From the human T2T-CHM13v2.0 reference genome, Homo sapiens, in NCBI RefSeq assembly GCF_009914755.1, contig NC_060931.1: DNA of 64,000 bases, one strand, 5' to 3'. A program made the translations under genes and the position numbers. Below are positions 42,429 through 64,000 of this stretch, piece after piece (position 1 is the stretch's first letter; each line of letters begins with the position of its first letter). The notes below the pieces were generated by a model. The model was not told where the DNA came from, made no database searches, and saw only the letters and a program-made list of their open reading frames with translations.

Positions 42429-43378
42429 TGAGCATGATGGGCTTCAATTCAATCATCTAGGTCAAGCTCTTAGCACAGTGCACAGAAATGGGACACCCTT
42501 GAGGCATATTTCTTCTCTTTGTCTCTGCCGGCCAGGAGCCAATTCCGTATCTTATTACACAATAATTAACCAATGGGGAGGCAGGGAGCGCCCCCTCTAC
42601 CTCCCAATCTCAGAGGGTCCTGCAGACCCACTGCAACTCCAGAAGTACCATGTATGGGAAGCAGAGATAATTTTGCTCTCAGACGAGGCCTGAGGAGGCC
42701 TTTCCCTTCTGGGCCTGGGCCCAGGAAACACGGCTGGCCTTATGGAGAGGAGTCTGGGGAAGGAGACCCTCCCCTGGGGGGATCACATTACCTGAGTGAG
42801 AGAAGCTGGGGAAAAAGCTGGGGGCGGGGGTGGGAGGGTGTTGGGGGTGGTGCCAGGCCCGCATGCCTGTGTGCCTTGGGTGTGTGGCCCAGCAGAATTT
42901 GTTGGATGCTTTGGGATTTTATTTTTCTTTTTTCTCTAATTTCCTTTGAAAACATATGTTTGGCCTCCATTACAGAAGTCCTGCCTATCGCAGGGAAGCC
43001 CACGGCAGACAACGCAAACCCCAGAAAAGCGCTGGCTGCCGTCGGCTGCAGGTTCCTGCATCTTTTTTCCAATGTGCACTTCGTTTTAATAAAAAATGGG
43101 ACCATTTTGTATACACTGTTTTTGTATCTTCCTTTTCTCACTGCGTAACCTTTTCCCATTTGGGAAAATTCTATTCTGTTGACAATGACCAGCTGCATAG
43201 TGTTTCATCTTCTGGCTTTGACTGATTGATTCAAAGCCCATCCTAAGGACAGCTGAGCAGTTTCCAATTTCTGGCTGTTGCGAAAGAGCGAATTTCTTTA
43301 GGATACATTCTGATGAGTGGTGTCTTCGGGTCAAAGGTGTGCAAATCGAAAACATTTATTGGTTCATATTACAGAAGC

Positions 43379-43413
43379 TGCGCACGCGCGCGCGCGCACA
43401 CACACACACACGC

Positions 43414-43462
<49 letters not shown>
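43379..43462. repeat. (CG)n/(CA)n alternating purine-pyrimidine microsatellite
   Basis: tgcgcacgcgcgcgcgcgcacacac...cgcgcgcgcacacac... Confidence 0.95.
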
Positions 43463-43465
<3 letters not shown>

Positions 43466-45605
43466 CACACTGTCATAATTCCAGCAGGCGCTGGGCCCTG
43501 GCTGCAGGCAGAGGCTTGAGGAGGGCTGACTTGGGCTGAGCTGATGTGGGTTGGCTGCCTAGGGAGCCTAGAAAGTTCTTCATGGGGAGGAGAGATGGGA
43601 TCTGCCCTGCTTGTCTGTCCTCGGGTTCGAGGTTGGCCATCCCCCCACCTCAGGCTGCAGGGGTCCCGCACCCGCAGAAACATGGACGATTCAATATTGA
43701 TACCTGGGGCCAGCTGGGCTGGGTGGCAGAAGAGAGCCAGCCTTCCTACCTCAGCTTTGCCCCCACCCACCTGACCCACCCCCAGCCCACCTTCAGGCCC
43801 ACCTGAAAAGCTGCTTCTTACTGAAAGCTTCTCTGATCCTCAGCCAGAAGTGCTTCTTCCCTCCTGCAGTACCTGGGACAGACCCCCCAGTGAGGATGGG
43901 GGAGACCCCTCCCTCCTGGGGGATGGGCCCGGGGCTTGAGGTGGGAGAGGAGCGGCCTGGGTTGGCGAGACCCTTCCTTCTCTGGGCAGGAGGCCCAGAA
44001 AGTCATGTTATGGTGGGTCTTGGAGGGTAGGAGCTTTCCATGTGATCCCATAGGCAGTGGGGGGACGGCAGTGACAGGCGGTGAGGATGGACAGAAGCCG
44101 AGGGCAGGAGGAGAGGAGACAGCTGGAAATCCCAGAGACGATGCGGGGTGTGAGCATGGGAGAGAGAATGTGGGGCTTCATAGAGGCGGCTTCTAGAATT
44201 GACTTTTTTGCTGACTGTGGGGTCAGGGCTGAGAGAAGCGTCAAAGGCCCAATGTCCAGGTGTCCCTAGCCGGAGAGGTGGGGTTCAAATCAGCCTCCTT
44301 CGGGTCCATGCAGCGTGGCACCATGGTGGCTGCCATGCCCTGGCTGGCTGACCTCATGCAAGGCACCGCATTTCCTGACCTATGCACAGGGCATAACAAG
44401 CGTGCCCACCTTAAGGGGCTTCGTGGGGTCAAACAAAGCAATGGGTGGAAAGTTCAGGGAACCCCTCAGTGCTCTGGGCTCACACCACCAGTCTCTGAGT
44501 CTATTTCCTTACCTGGAGTAGATGAGGTTAACGTGCCTGCCTTGCAGGCCCAGGTATGGAAAGCATTCAGCACATTTGGGGTAAGAGTTCGAAAGCCTAG
44601 TAACTAGGGGGCTTACCCCTTAAGCCCATGGGAACTGCTGTGGGATCCCCGTGGTCAGCCTGGGGTTGACATCTGGGGTGTTGCAGGGGCGCCCCCTGAG
44701 GGGCTGTGCACTGTCAGCCAGGGAGGGCCTGCCAAGTTATGATGTCCTGCCCTCAGAGACATGGGTAGGGAGGAGGCTGGGAGGGGAGGGACCCCGCCCC
44801 TAGCAGCCTCCGGAGACTGAACACAGGCCCAGGTGCCCACCCAGCAGAGAGCTGCCCCCAGCTTCCAGCCCTGGGTCCAGCAGGATGCAGAAGCAGCCCC
44901 TGCCCACTGGATGGGGGGCAGGTGGTAGGGGTGCCCAGGTGCCCCTGTGCCCTTCTGCCAGCCAGGCCTGGAGGCCCCAGGAGTAACGAGATAATCACAG
45001 CAATTGCAGCGAGATAGGACTGTCTGCTTGTGGAGCACTGAGATGCTGGAGCAGGCGGGGGGCCGGGAGAGTGGCAGGAAGCTTCCTCAGGCAGAGTCGC
45101 TCGTCCCACCAGCCGGGGTGCCAGGACTCTCATCCTGGAACCCTGCACTCCCACCCAGCCCTAGTCTTGGTGTCCAGGAAGGGCTCTGAGGCCTTTTGCT
45201 CAAATGAGCCCATCATCTAATGAGGGAGAGGAGTGTGGGTGGGGAGCTCTGCGGGCTGCCTGGAACTGACTGTTTAGAGTTCAGGTTATCTTTGTTTACC
45301 ACTGAGAAAACATAAAGCTGAACACAGGTATTAACTGTGCCCACCTGCTCCTGCCATTGATTCGCTCATCCAGAGTTGCAGCCCATGGCACCAGCAATAA
45401 AGGAAATTGCTTTTGAAGTTGACAGAGGCTGGGAATGAAGCTCCAAGACCGACTGGCCCGTCTCTTCCAGGTGGCAGCTGGGTCCCTCCCCACCCACCTG
45501 TCCCCCAAAGCCAAAGACACGTAGTTGTCACCAGGGAGCTGGGAAGCAGCCTCCAATCCTGACGTGTGTTTTTTTCCAAGAGACCCTCTGCTGCCCAGGA
45601 TTATA

Positions 45606-46148
<543 letters not shown>

Positions 46149-46372
46149 CTAAGATGTTCCTCCACCAAGGGGCTTCTCTGCTTTCAGCACCCAGACTCCC
46201 ACTTCCCCAGGTCGAAGGACCTCAGAGAGGCAGATCATTACCCCAATGCCTCCCAGCTCCGTCTCCCACACCCTTGCCCTCGTCACACCGGGCCACAGCG
46301 TCCCTGTGCCTGCAGACTCTTTCCCTACTGGGAAGCCAGGGTCCTCGCCTGGGTTCTTCTTCTTCAAGGTTG

Positions 46373-46829
46373 GTGTAGTGGAGTGAATGGTGTCCTCCAA
46401 AAGATACATACACATCTGGATCCCCAGAACCTGTGAATGGGACCTTATTTGGAAAAAGGGCCTTTTGCAGATGTAATTAAATTAAGGATTTTGAGATGAG
46501 GAGGTCATCCTGGATTATCAGGTGGTTCCTAAGTGCGATGACAAGTGTCCTTATAAGAGACACACGGGGAGATGGACACAGCAGAGCAGGAGACAAGGTG
46601 ATGGTGCAGACAGAGCCTGGAGTGACGCGTCTACCAGGAGCGCCAGGGACTGCCATAGCTCCCACCAGCCAGGAGAGACCCCTGGAACAGACACACTCAG
46701 CAGGTGGGGAAGGCCCTGCCCATGCCTCGATTTTGAACTTCTGGCTTCCAGAACTGTGAGAACCAATTTCTGTTGTTTGAAGCCCCTCATTGTGGTCACG
46801 TGTCATAGCAGCTTCAGGAAACAAATGTA
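46373..46829 (+). mobile_element. MLT1 (MLT1C-like) MaLR LTR
   Basis: tgtagtggagtgaatggtgtcc...gaccttatttggaaa...ttgcagatgtaattaa...cttctggcttccagaactgtgaga. Confidence 0.85.
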
Positions 46830-46959
46830 GCTGGTGTTCTGGGATGTCACCCACACCCCCAACGTCCACGACTGCCATAAACTGTTGATGGCAAGTCTGT
46901 CCCTCCAGGATGGTGTCCATCCAAATTTCAGATCTCTATTCCCAGTGGCGCCGTGGGCA

Positions 46960-47115
46960 GTGTGGTATAATATGAAAAATATCTGGTCTTTGTTCCTGGG
47001 TCCTGGCACAGAGTTCCCAAACCCTTGGAATTTTCTGAGTGATGGAAGCCTCTTTTGTTATTGATAAGAAGCCCTTTCCATACCACTTGAGTTTCTGCTA
47101 ATGAGGTGACTTATG
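46960..47115. mobile_element. MER21-like LTR fragment
   Basis: tgtggtataatatgaaaaatatctggtctttgttcctgggtcctggcacagag...acccttggaattttctgagtgat. Confidence 0.7.
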
Positions 47116-47119
47116 GTCA

Positions 47120-47462
47120 AAGGCAGTTCTGCACTCCTACCGATGCTCCCTTTAAGTACATGCAAATTAAGGGGCAGATTATGCAGACATTTCTAGAAAA
47201 GGGGTGGTAACTTCCAGGTCATCAGGTCATTGCCATGGGAAGGGGTGGTAACTTGGGGATCTTGCCATGAAAGGGGTGGTAACTTCCGGTTGTAGCATGG
47301 CAACAGTAAACTGCAATAGCATCTGTGGGTGTGTCATATGGGCAGGTGCTTTCGCCCCATTTCTATTGTAGCTAGAGTCGTCAAATCAATTCGGTGTGGT
47401 GTCCCAGCCCAGCCTCTGGAGTCAAGTTTCACCTCCTGAGTGGAGTCCTGCCTCCTACCTCA
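47120..47462. mobile_element. ERV1 MER4-group LTR fragment
   Basis: Three copies of AGGGGTGGTAACTT interleaved with TTGCCATG; subfamily not assigned. Confidence 0.6.
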
Positions 47463-47529
47463 GGAAGATTGAGCCCAGGTGTTCAAGACCAGCCTGGACA
47501 AAACAGCCAGACCTCATCATGAATTAGAG

Positions 47530-47628
47530 TAGGCTCCGCCATCTAGGTTTGTGTAAGGACACCCTGTGATGCTCACACAATGACAAAATCACCTAAGCAT
47601 GCACTTCTCAGGGAATATCCCTATGACT
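47530..47628 (+). mobile_element. Tigger3/Golem end fragment
   Basis: ccatctaggtttgtgtaag...cacacaatgacaaaatcacctaag...ttctcag. Confidence 0.7.
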
Positions 47629-48203
47629 ACTCCCTTTTGTGGACATTCGGGTTGTCAGGTCTATTTCTGAAGCACCCGGAAACAGTCAGTTCTGGCATTT
47701 TAGAGAGGTTCTGTATCTGCAGCCTTGTTCTGTGCAAGCCTACTGGGTGTCTCTTTCAGAACATATCCCGATTTCGGAGAAATCCCCCACCATCCTGTCC
47801 ATGATCGAGGGCACCAAGAACTGATGCTTGAGCCAGACACTCAACCACAAACTGCACTTCAGGGAGGCCCACAGCCTTTGAGGAGGTTTGGAGTCCGCTG
47901 CCTAATTAGGGCTCTTCATCTTGGTAGGTAACACAGGAGGGAGTGGAGCCTGGGGTTTAGGAAGTGTGGCACCGTTAGCATACACAGAGGAAGCTCATAA
48001 GTGCTCTGCAGGAGCCCAAATGGTGCTGAGGTCTGTTTCATACGAAGAGTCTCGGAGGCCAGGATTCAGCTGAGGAGACAGATTCCTGTCCTCGGGTCTC
48101 CCTGCCATAACTCTGGAAGACAACCTTGAACCAGTGGATATGATTCTTGTAGGATATTAAATATGTCTCTTTTCGCAGTCATGCTATTTATTTACTCAAC
48201 ACT

Positions 48204-48501
48204 TTTTATTTTTTTTGAGACAGAGTATTGTTCTGTGGCCCAGGCTGGAGGGCAGTGGCACAATCTTGGCTCACTGCAACCTCCGCCTCCCGGTTCAAGC
48301 AATTACCATGCCTCAGCCTTCCGAGTATCTGGGGTTACAGGCCTCCGCCACCTTGCCCGGGTAATTTTTTGTATTTTTAGTAGAGATGGGGTTTCACCAT
48401 GTTGGCCAGGCTGGTCTCAAACTCCTGACCTCAGGTGAGGATCTGCTTGCCTCAGGCTCCCAAAGTGCTGGGATTACAGGTGTGAGCCACCTCACCCAGC
48501 C
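48204..48501 (-). mobile_element. Alu (AluS)
   Basis: Antisense Alu. Confidence 0.9.
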
Positions 48502-48612
48502 TTTTTTTTTTCTTCATATAGGGTGCAAAGGTACATTCTCTCCCGCTCTTATTATCACAAATGTCAAATTATGAATTAAAGATGTTTTATTGTAGCTGCT
48601 CTTGCAATGTGA

Positions 48613-48613
<1 letters not shown>

Positions 48614-48651
<38 letters not shown>
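48614..48651. repeat. (TG)n microsatellite
   Basis: ~19 TG units. Confidence 0.95.
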
Positions 48652-48655
<4 letters not shown>

Positions 48656-50856
48656 TGTCATATTTGCATTTGGGCCGGACCTGAATGAATGACTTTAGAA
48701 TGAGACTCTAATGAGGATGACACAGGCGGCTTTCGAGGGATGAGACCTCCCCGGAGAAGGACAGAGACATTATTTGGCTGTCTTCTTTCCGGAGGGTAAG
48801 GATTTGGCTAAGAATTTTAAACACTCACGTCCTCCAGCTCACAGGAGTGGGTCAAGAGCAGCTAGAGGGAGTGCAGAGAGGCCGGTGTCGATGTTCCAGA
48901 AAAGTGAGACGAGGGATGTGGTCGATGACTGCCCTGCCAGCCGGGTGCAAATAATGCATGGGAAGGTATACAAGTCCGGTGGAAAGAACCCTGGGCTGGC
49001 GATAAGGAGATTGGCCTGTGACCTTGGGTGAGTTCTGTTTGGCTTTGAGCAAGTCGCTTAAGCTCTCTGTGCTGAAGCATGTGACCGCGCATGGAAAACA
49101 GGCCAGAGATCGGCCTCCGTACCTCAGGAGACTGAGTGGGTTGTTAGGTACAAAATGCCTGAAGTCCTTTCCACAGCAAGGCAGGGCATACACAGACCTA
49201 TCAATAAAACTGAAGGCATCAGGAATCCTGGTGGGGAAACTGAGGCCCAGCCCAGGAAAGCCCTGTGCCCAAGGATCCGGGGATTGTCTCCATCCTGCCT
49301 TTAGGGAAAAGCAAGCTACCCATCTAGGGTCTGGGTAGAGCACCCCGGGAAGAGCAAGGAGACATCCCAGATGGAGGCCCTGCCAGGAACACAGGCCATT
49401 TCCCTTGCAAAGATGAAATTCAAATCTGAGGTGGCATCAGTGCCAGGGGAGGCAGCTGGGCACAGATGTGTCTTGGGAGGATCTGGGGGCAGCGGATCAT
49501 GTCACATGAGAGCACCGGACCAGGATTCGGCCTGACCCCTCCCTCCTGTGACTCTGAGCCCTCAGGCTGTGGGGGCTGACTGTCCCACCGCCCAGGTCAT
49601 TCTCGGCACTGCCCCAGAGCCATAGCGGAGGCAGGGCTGGCATAAAGGGGGCCCTGGGACGACCCCAGGCCCTAAGGCCTCCAGGCCTGTCCGGGCCGCC
49701 CAGCTAGGGAGGCTGAGATGGCCGCTCGGCCCCAGCCAGCATATGCATTAGTAATGGCCACTGATCCTGCTGGCCCCGCGCCCTGTTTCCAGAGTGGGGC
49801 AGTAATCTGAGCCCGGCTGCCCACTGCCTCCAGGCTCCACCCTACGTTGCTGGGGCCATTGAATGCCTCTACTTTTCCTTGTTCTCAGCTCTGCATCGAA
49901 ATGAAGAGAAACACAAACCAGCGATGTCTCCTCAACGTCCTGGGCGTTAGCTGTTCCCACCATCACTTCATAGAGAGGTTTCTGGATGGGAAGCGTTAGG
50001 AAAGACCCAGGGAGGCCTCTGAGGACACCTTGCGCAGATGTGAGGCCTTCCTGGGCTGGGCCTCAGTTTCCTTACTGGGGGTGGACAGGTCTGTTCTGAG
50101 GCTGTCACTGGCACTGATGTTCTGGGGTCCTGGGGCCCATTGCTTGCCCTAATGTGGGGGGTCACTCTGGTGGAGGGGACCCGGTCAGACCATAGCAGGC
50201 TAGACCGTGTGTGGTGACAGCAACACGGCCCAGTGGCAGAGGCTCCTGGGGGTGGAGGCATTAGGGGTGAAGCAGGCCTGGAGGATGGGTGGATCCAGAG
50301 AGCACTGGTGAGTGGGGGGGTGCCTCAGCTCAGGGGGCAGGCCTGCGGGATGGGGGGACCCCTGGGACATTTATCCAGCCTGAGACTGGAGGCAGCTCTT
50401 CTTACCTTCCTGGGAAGGGCCTTCAGCCCTGCCTCTCCCCCTGCACCCACCTGGCAAACCTTTCACTCCCAGCAGCTCTGGGATGTCTCTCGAGGGACCC
50501 AGGCTCCGTCCTGAGCCTGTGGCCTGTCTCCGGCAGCCGCCCTTGGGTGGGAAGGTCCTGGCTGGCCCCAGATGTTTTTCCTAAGAGCCTGTAATTCTCC
50601 CCGGAGAGATAAGGCATGGTTACATGGACTCATATCACACTGGCAGAGAAAGCGCCTCCAGGAATTAGGCCACCAGCCAGGGGATGGGCAGGCCTGTGTA
50701 GGAAGGGCAGCCTCTCAGTTGGAGGAAGTGGGGGTGTGGGACAGCCGAGGGCACTGAGAAAGTGGGGAAGACCACATCTTCATGGGAGGGTGGGACCAGC
50801 CCAGGCTGTGGGAGTGGCCTGCTGTGTGACCTCAGAGAGGCCACGATCCCTACTAG

Positions 50857-51930
<1,074 letters not shown>

Positions 51931-52029
51931 AATCTAAACAGGCAATCATTTCATATATTATGACAAAATGATGGTCTAGGCACACACCATCAGGATATAC
52001 CATCCGGATGTATGAGAAAGCAACAGTAT

Positions 52030-52701
<672 letters not shown>

Positions 52702-53082
52702 GTATTTTAAACAATATGGTGCCCAGCAAAATAAAAGCTTCAATAATTGAAACAAAATGAAGAGTTTGGAAGTAGAGCTAATGAACATAAATATTTGATG
52801 TGAGAGAAAGCACGTTTGAAAGCAAGGAGGTAGGAAAAGTGAATCTCTATCCATCTCTCTCCCTAGGTCCCTAGGTAACCTCATTCAATTCCACAGGCTT
52901 TCAATATTATCTGTGTGCGAATGACTCCCAAACTGGATATATCCACAAGGCCTTGCCCCTGAACACAGCACCCATTTCTATAATTTCCTGCCTGACATTT
53001 TCACCTGCTGAGTGATCCTCTTAAACTCACCATATCCCTCCCTCCCCAAATTCCTCCTGTGCCTCCTTTCTCATCTCAGTAG

Positions 53083-53806
<724 letters not shown>

Positions 53807-53904
53807 TAACATCAACATATTTTCAGTCAGGCAAGGTACCTCATGCCTGTAATCCCAGCACTTTGGGAAGCCAAGGCAGGAGGATCCTTGAGCCCAGACG
53901 TTCA

Positions 53905-54138
<234 letters not shown>

Positions 54139-54502
54139 TCACATCCACTTTTACCTGGCCTGGCTCCCCCCCACCCTTCTGAACCCCACTTGCCATCGAT
54201 GGCATTCTGAAGGTTCATTGCCTCTGGGTACAAAAACCTTCAGAGATGCAAACAAACGCATAATTTGAAAATCTGCTTTGGGGATGGCTCCCAAAAGCTT
54301 AATCAGGCCTATAAGTTTCCGGGCCTTTCCTTGTCATTTCTGTGTATCTGTTAAGGGTGAAGCAGGGGTTAAAAACTGTACTTCCACCAGGCGCAGCGGC
54401 CATACCTGTAATCCCAGCACTTTGGGAGGCCGAGGCGGGCGGATCATGAGGTCAGGAGATCGAGACCATCCTAGCTAAAACGGTGAAACCCCATCTCTAC
54501 TA

Positions 54503-54778
<276 letters not shown>

Positions 54779-55444
54779 TCAGGAGTTCAAGACCAGCCTG
54801 GCCAACATGATGAAACTCTGTCTCTACTAAAAATACAAAAATTAGCCAGGCATGGTGGCAGTGCCTGTAATCCCAGCTACTTGGAGGGCTGAGGCACAAG
54901 AATTGCTTGAACCCAGGAGGCGGGGGCTGTGGTGAGCCAAGATAATGCTACTGCACTCCAGCCTGAGTGACAGAGTGAGACTCTGTCTCAAAAACAAAAA
55001 ACAACAACATCAAAAACCTGTAGTTTGTGGCTCACGCCTGTAATCCCAACACTTTGAGAGGCCGAGAGGGAAGGATGGCTTGAGATCAGGAGTTTGAAAC
55101 CAGCCTGAGCAACATAGCGAGACCCCGTCTTTAAAAAAAAAAACCTGTTCTTTGGTCCTTGTTGGGGCTTCAGAATTCAGGTACATTGTAGAATGGGGGT
55201 GGGAGGTGTGGGGATGATGACATTTCGCCTCTTTCATACTCTAGTGTTGTTGCTTTTGAGAAAAAGTCCGGCTGGGCACAGTGGCTCATGCCTGTAATCC
55301 CAACACTTTGGGACACTGAGGCGGGCAGATTACAAGGTCAGGAGATCGAGACCATCCTGGCCAAAATAAGTGAAACCCCATCTCTACTAAAAATACAAAA
55401 ATTACCTGGGCGTGGTGGCGTGTGCCTGTAGTCTCAGCTACTCA

Positions 55445-55621
<177 letters not shown>

Positions 55622-55865
55622 TTAAAAATAGCTTCATCTCCACACCACCCCACTCCACTGAGCAGCCACGTTTAAATGTAAGAAATTCTTTTTAGGCTAG
55701 TCTCAGTATCCATTCTTAACACAGACCATTGTCTGAGAAGAACATTTTCCTAAAAGAATTGAAACAATATACGTTGGAGACACTGATTTTTCTAAACGTA
55801 ATTGCAGTGTTTTGGGAGGCTACCACATTTTTTGAAGATAGATTGGCCAAAACTCAGTTTCATAA

Positions 55866-56167
<302 letters not shown>

Positions 56168-56427
56168 TGAGCCACCGTGCCCAGCTGGGTTTTCTTTTTT
56201 AAATGAACATGTGCTTTAATGAGTGACATATTTTAAAACCTATCTTCTCATGTCATAAAATGTGACTTGAAAATACTGTTCCAATTATAATTAACCTTCA
56301 TTTTATTTTGTCTAATAAAGTGTTTAATATTTTCTCCCATCAGGAAAAATAAAATTATTTGCCAGCTGACTAATTAGTTCTTATGCTTTTCTTTTTTATT
56401 AAAGTTACTATAAAAGTTAGATCATGA

Positions 56428-56595
<168 letters not shown>

Positions 56596-57495
56596 TGAGT
56601 AGCTGGGACTACAGAGGTGCACCATCATGCCGGTCTAATTTTGTTTTGTATTTTTAGTAGAGATGGGGTTTCACCACATTGCCCAGGGTGGCCTGTCTCG
56701 AACTCCTGGACTCTAGTTATCCTCCCATCTCGGCCTCCCAAAGTTCTGGGATTACAGGCATGAGCCACCACACCTGGTCTTGTTTTTTGAGATAGGATCT
56801 TGCTCCCAGGCTGGAGTACAGTGGCACAATCATGGCTCACTGCCGCCTTGACCTCCCTGGCTCAAGCTATCCTCCCACCTCAGCCCCTTGACCACAGGTG
56901 CACCACACCTAGCTAATTTTTTATTTTTTGTAGAGTTGGGGGTCTTACTAGGTTGCCCGCACTAGTCTCAAACTCCTGGGCTGAAGTGATCCTCTTGCCT
57001 CAGCCTCCCAAAGTGTTGGGATTATAGGCGTGAGCCACCAGCCTGGCCCCCTGATTTTCTAATACAAGATTTTTGTTAATTATTCCCCAAAGGGAAACCC
57101 AGAGTATGAAACACACTTGAGCACACATTTATTGAAAGAATACTATACCTTCTTCCCATAACCTTCAAGTCATAAATTATTTATCATCTTAGTAACACAT
57201 TAAATTGCACAGATACACAATAAATAATGAGTGTAAGGACAAATTGTCCAAAACATGGAAATAAGGCAACAGCATGGCTGTCTTTTCACCCCTGCCACCT
57301 TGAAAAAAATTTTTAAGTAGAAATGGGATCCCACTTTATTGCCCAGACTGGTCTGAAACTCCTGGGCTCAAGCAATCCTCCCACCTCAGCCTCCCAAAGT
57401 GCTGGGATTGCTGGTGTGAGCCATCGTGTCCACCGTGGGATTACTCAGTTCTCTAGGAGAAGGTATCTGTGTTTGACTGCTTGACTGTTGCTTAG

Positions 57496-57957
<462 letters not shown>

Positions 57958-58059
57958 TAGGCAAGATTCCTGTAAGTGAAAAAATAACATGTATAATTTA
58001 CAGCTACTCAATAAGTCTTAGTTAAGCTTTCTTGGTATACTTGCCGGAAGTTGATGAAG

Positions 58060-58240
58060 GGAATTAACTTTAGTGATTGAGTAAAAAGAAAATTGCTTTG
58101 CAAGTCAGGTGAGTTCTACTTCTTAGCTTCCAGCAAATTAGAAGAGAACTGAATAGATTTCTCAGCAGGTAGATCATTAAAAATAATTTGTGATGATAGA
58201 TTACGCTTTGATTTTGGCTATAATTCAGAAAAAATTCAGG
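58060..58240 (+). mobile_element. Possible hAT-Charlie internal fragment
   Basis: agatcattaaaaataatttgtgatgatagatt...gattttggctataattcagaa resembles recalled Charlie transposase remnants. Confidence 0.45.
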
Positions 58241-58796
58241 AAACCAGGAGGCAGAGGTTGTAATGAGCTGAGATCACGCCACTGCACTCCAGCCTGGGTG
58301 ACAGAGCAAGACTCCTCAAAAAAACAAACAAACAAAAAAAAATAAAAAATAAAGATTAAAATTATTCCTGAATTTTGTCCTATTAAACCATGGATATAAA
58401 AACTAATAATAAAACAAACAAACAAAACAAACAAACACCCCAAACACCCCAATCCTTTCATTAAGAGAGACATTTCTGTTTTTGTTTTTTTGTTTTGTTT
58501 TGTTTTTTTGAGACAGGGTCTCACTCTGTCTCCCAGGCTGGAGTGCTGTGGCGTGATCTTGGCTCGCTGCAACCTCTGCCTCCTGGCTCAAGCAATCCTC
58601 CCACCTCAGCCTCCCGAGTAGCTGGGACTACAGGCATGTGCCACTACACCTGGCTAATTTTTTGTATTTTTGTAGAGATGGGGTTTCTCCATCTTGGCCA
58701 GGCGGGTCTCGAACTCCTGACCTCAAATGATCCGCACACCTCCGCCTCCCAAAGTGCTGGGATTACAGGTGTGAGCCACCATGCCTGGCTCAGAAA

Positions 58797-63904
<5,108 letters not shown>

Positions 63905-63905
<1 letters not shown>

Positions 63906-64000
63906 TGTTTGTTTGTTTTGAGACAGAGTCTTGCTCGTTGCCCAGGCTGGAGTGCAATGGCACAATCTCGGCTCCTTGCAACCTCTGCCTCCCAGGTTCA
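63905..64000 (-). mobile_element. Alu (cut by the window edge)
   Basis: ttttgagacagagtcttgctcgttgcccaggctgg... Confidence 0.9.

Noticed and set aside
44685-44706. CTCF-like motif CCCTCAGGGGGCGC (minus strand), with weaker ones at ~26249 and ~42589
   Set aside because: Several mismatches to the core; cannot be supported without ChIP data.
54191-54249. 14-bp palindrome TGCCATCGATGGCA and adjacent 10-bp stem TCTGAAGGTT/AACCTTCAGA
   Set aside because: About one to a few such structures are expected by chance in 64 kb; the stem is too short for a pre-miRNA.

Overview
Human genomic DNA, recognisable as chr7q32.2. It begins with the last coding exon and ~1.9 kb 3' UTR of NRF1 (+ strand), which contains a degenerate 5S rRNA pseudogene. 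The minus-strand miR-183/96/182 cluster follows (MIR182 15517-15626, MIR96 19826-19903, MIR183 20039-20148), with the CpG-island promoter of its host transcript at ~23.5-28 kb. The rest is intergenic and becomes very repeat-dense after ~51 kb (Alu, MIR, MER53, MLT1, MER21, MST, Tigger and a fragmented L1M). No other protein-coding gene is supported; the ORF track is almost entirely Alu, L1, simple-repeat or GC-rich noise. I found no wholly new gene system. The best leads are regulatory: (1) a non-reference base in pre-miR-182 inside its CNNC processing motif; (2) a TCF/LEF site multiplied by an Alu target-site duplication plus a 42-bp triplication upstream of the cluster; (3) an 11-nt miR-183-complementary element next to the miR-96 hairpin; (4) a second TATA promoter with a short exon; (5) a poly(A)-like element between miR-96 and miR-182; (6) a miR-182 site in the NRF1 3' UTR; (7) a perfect DR4 element. 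Reference sequences and repeat subfamilies are recalled from memory, and repeat boundaries are approximate.
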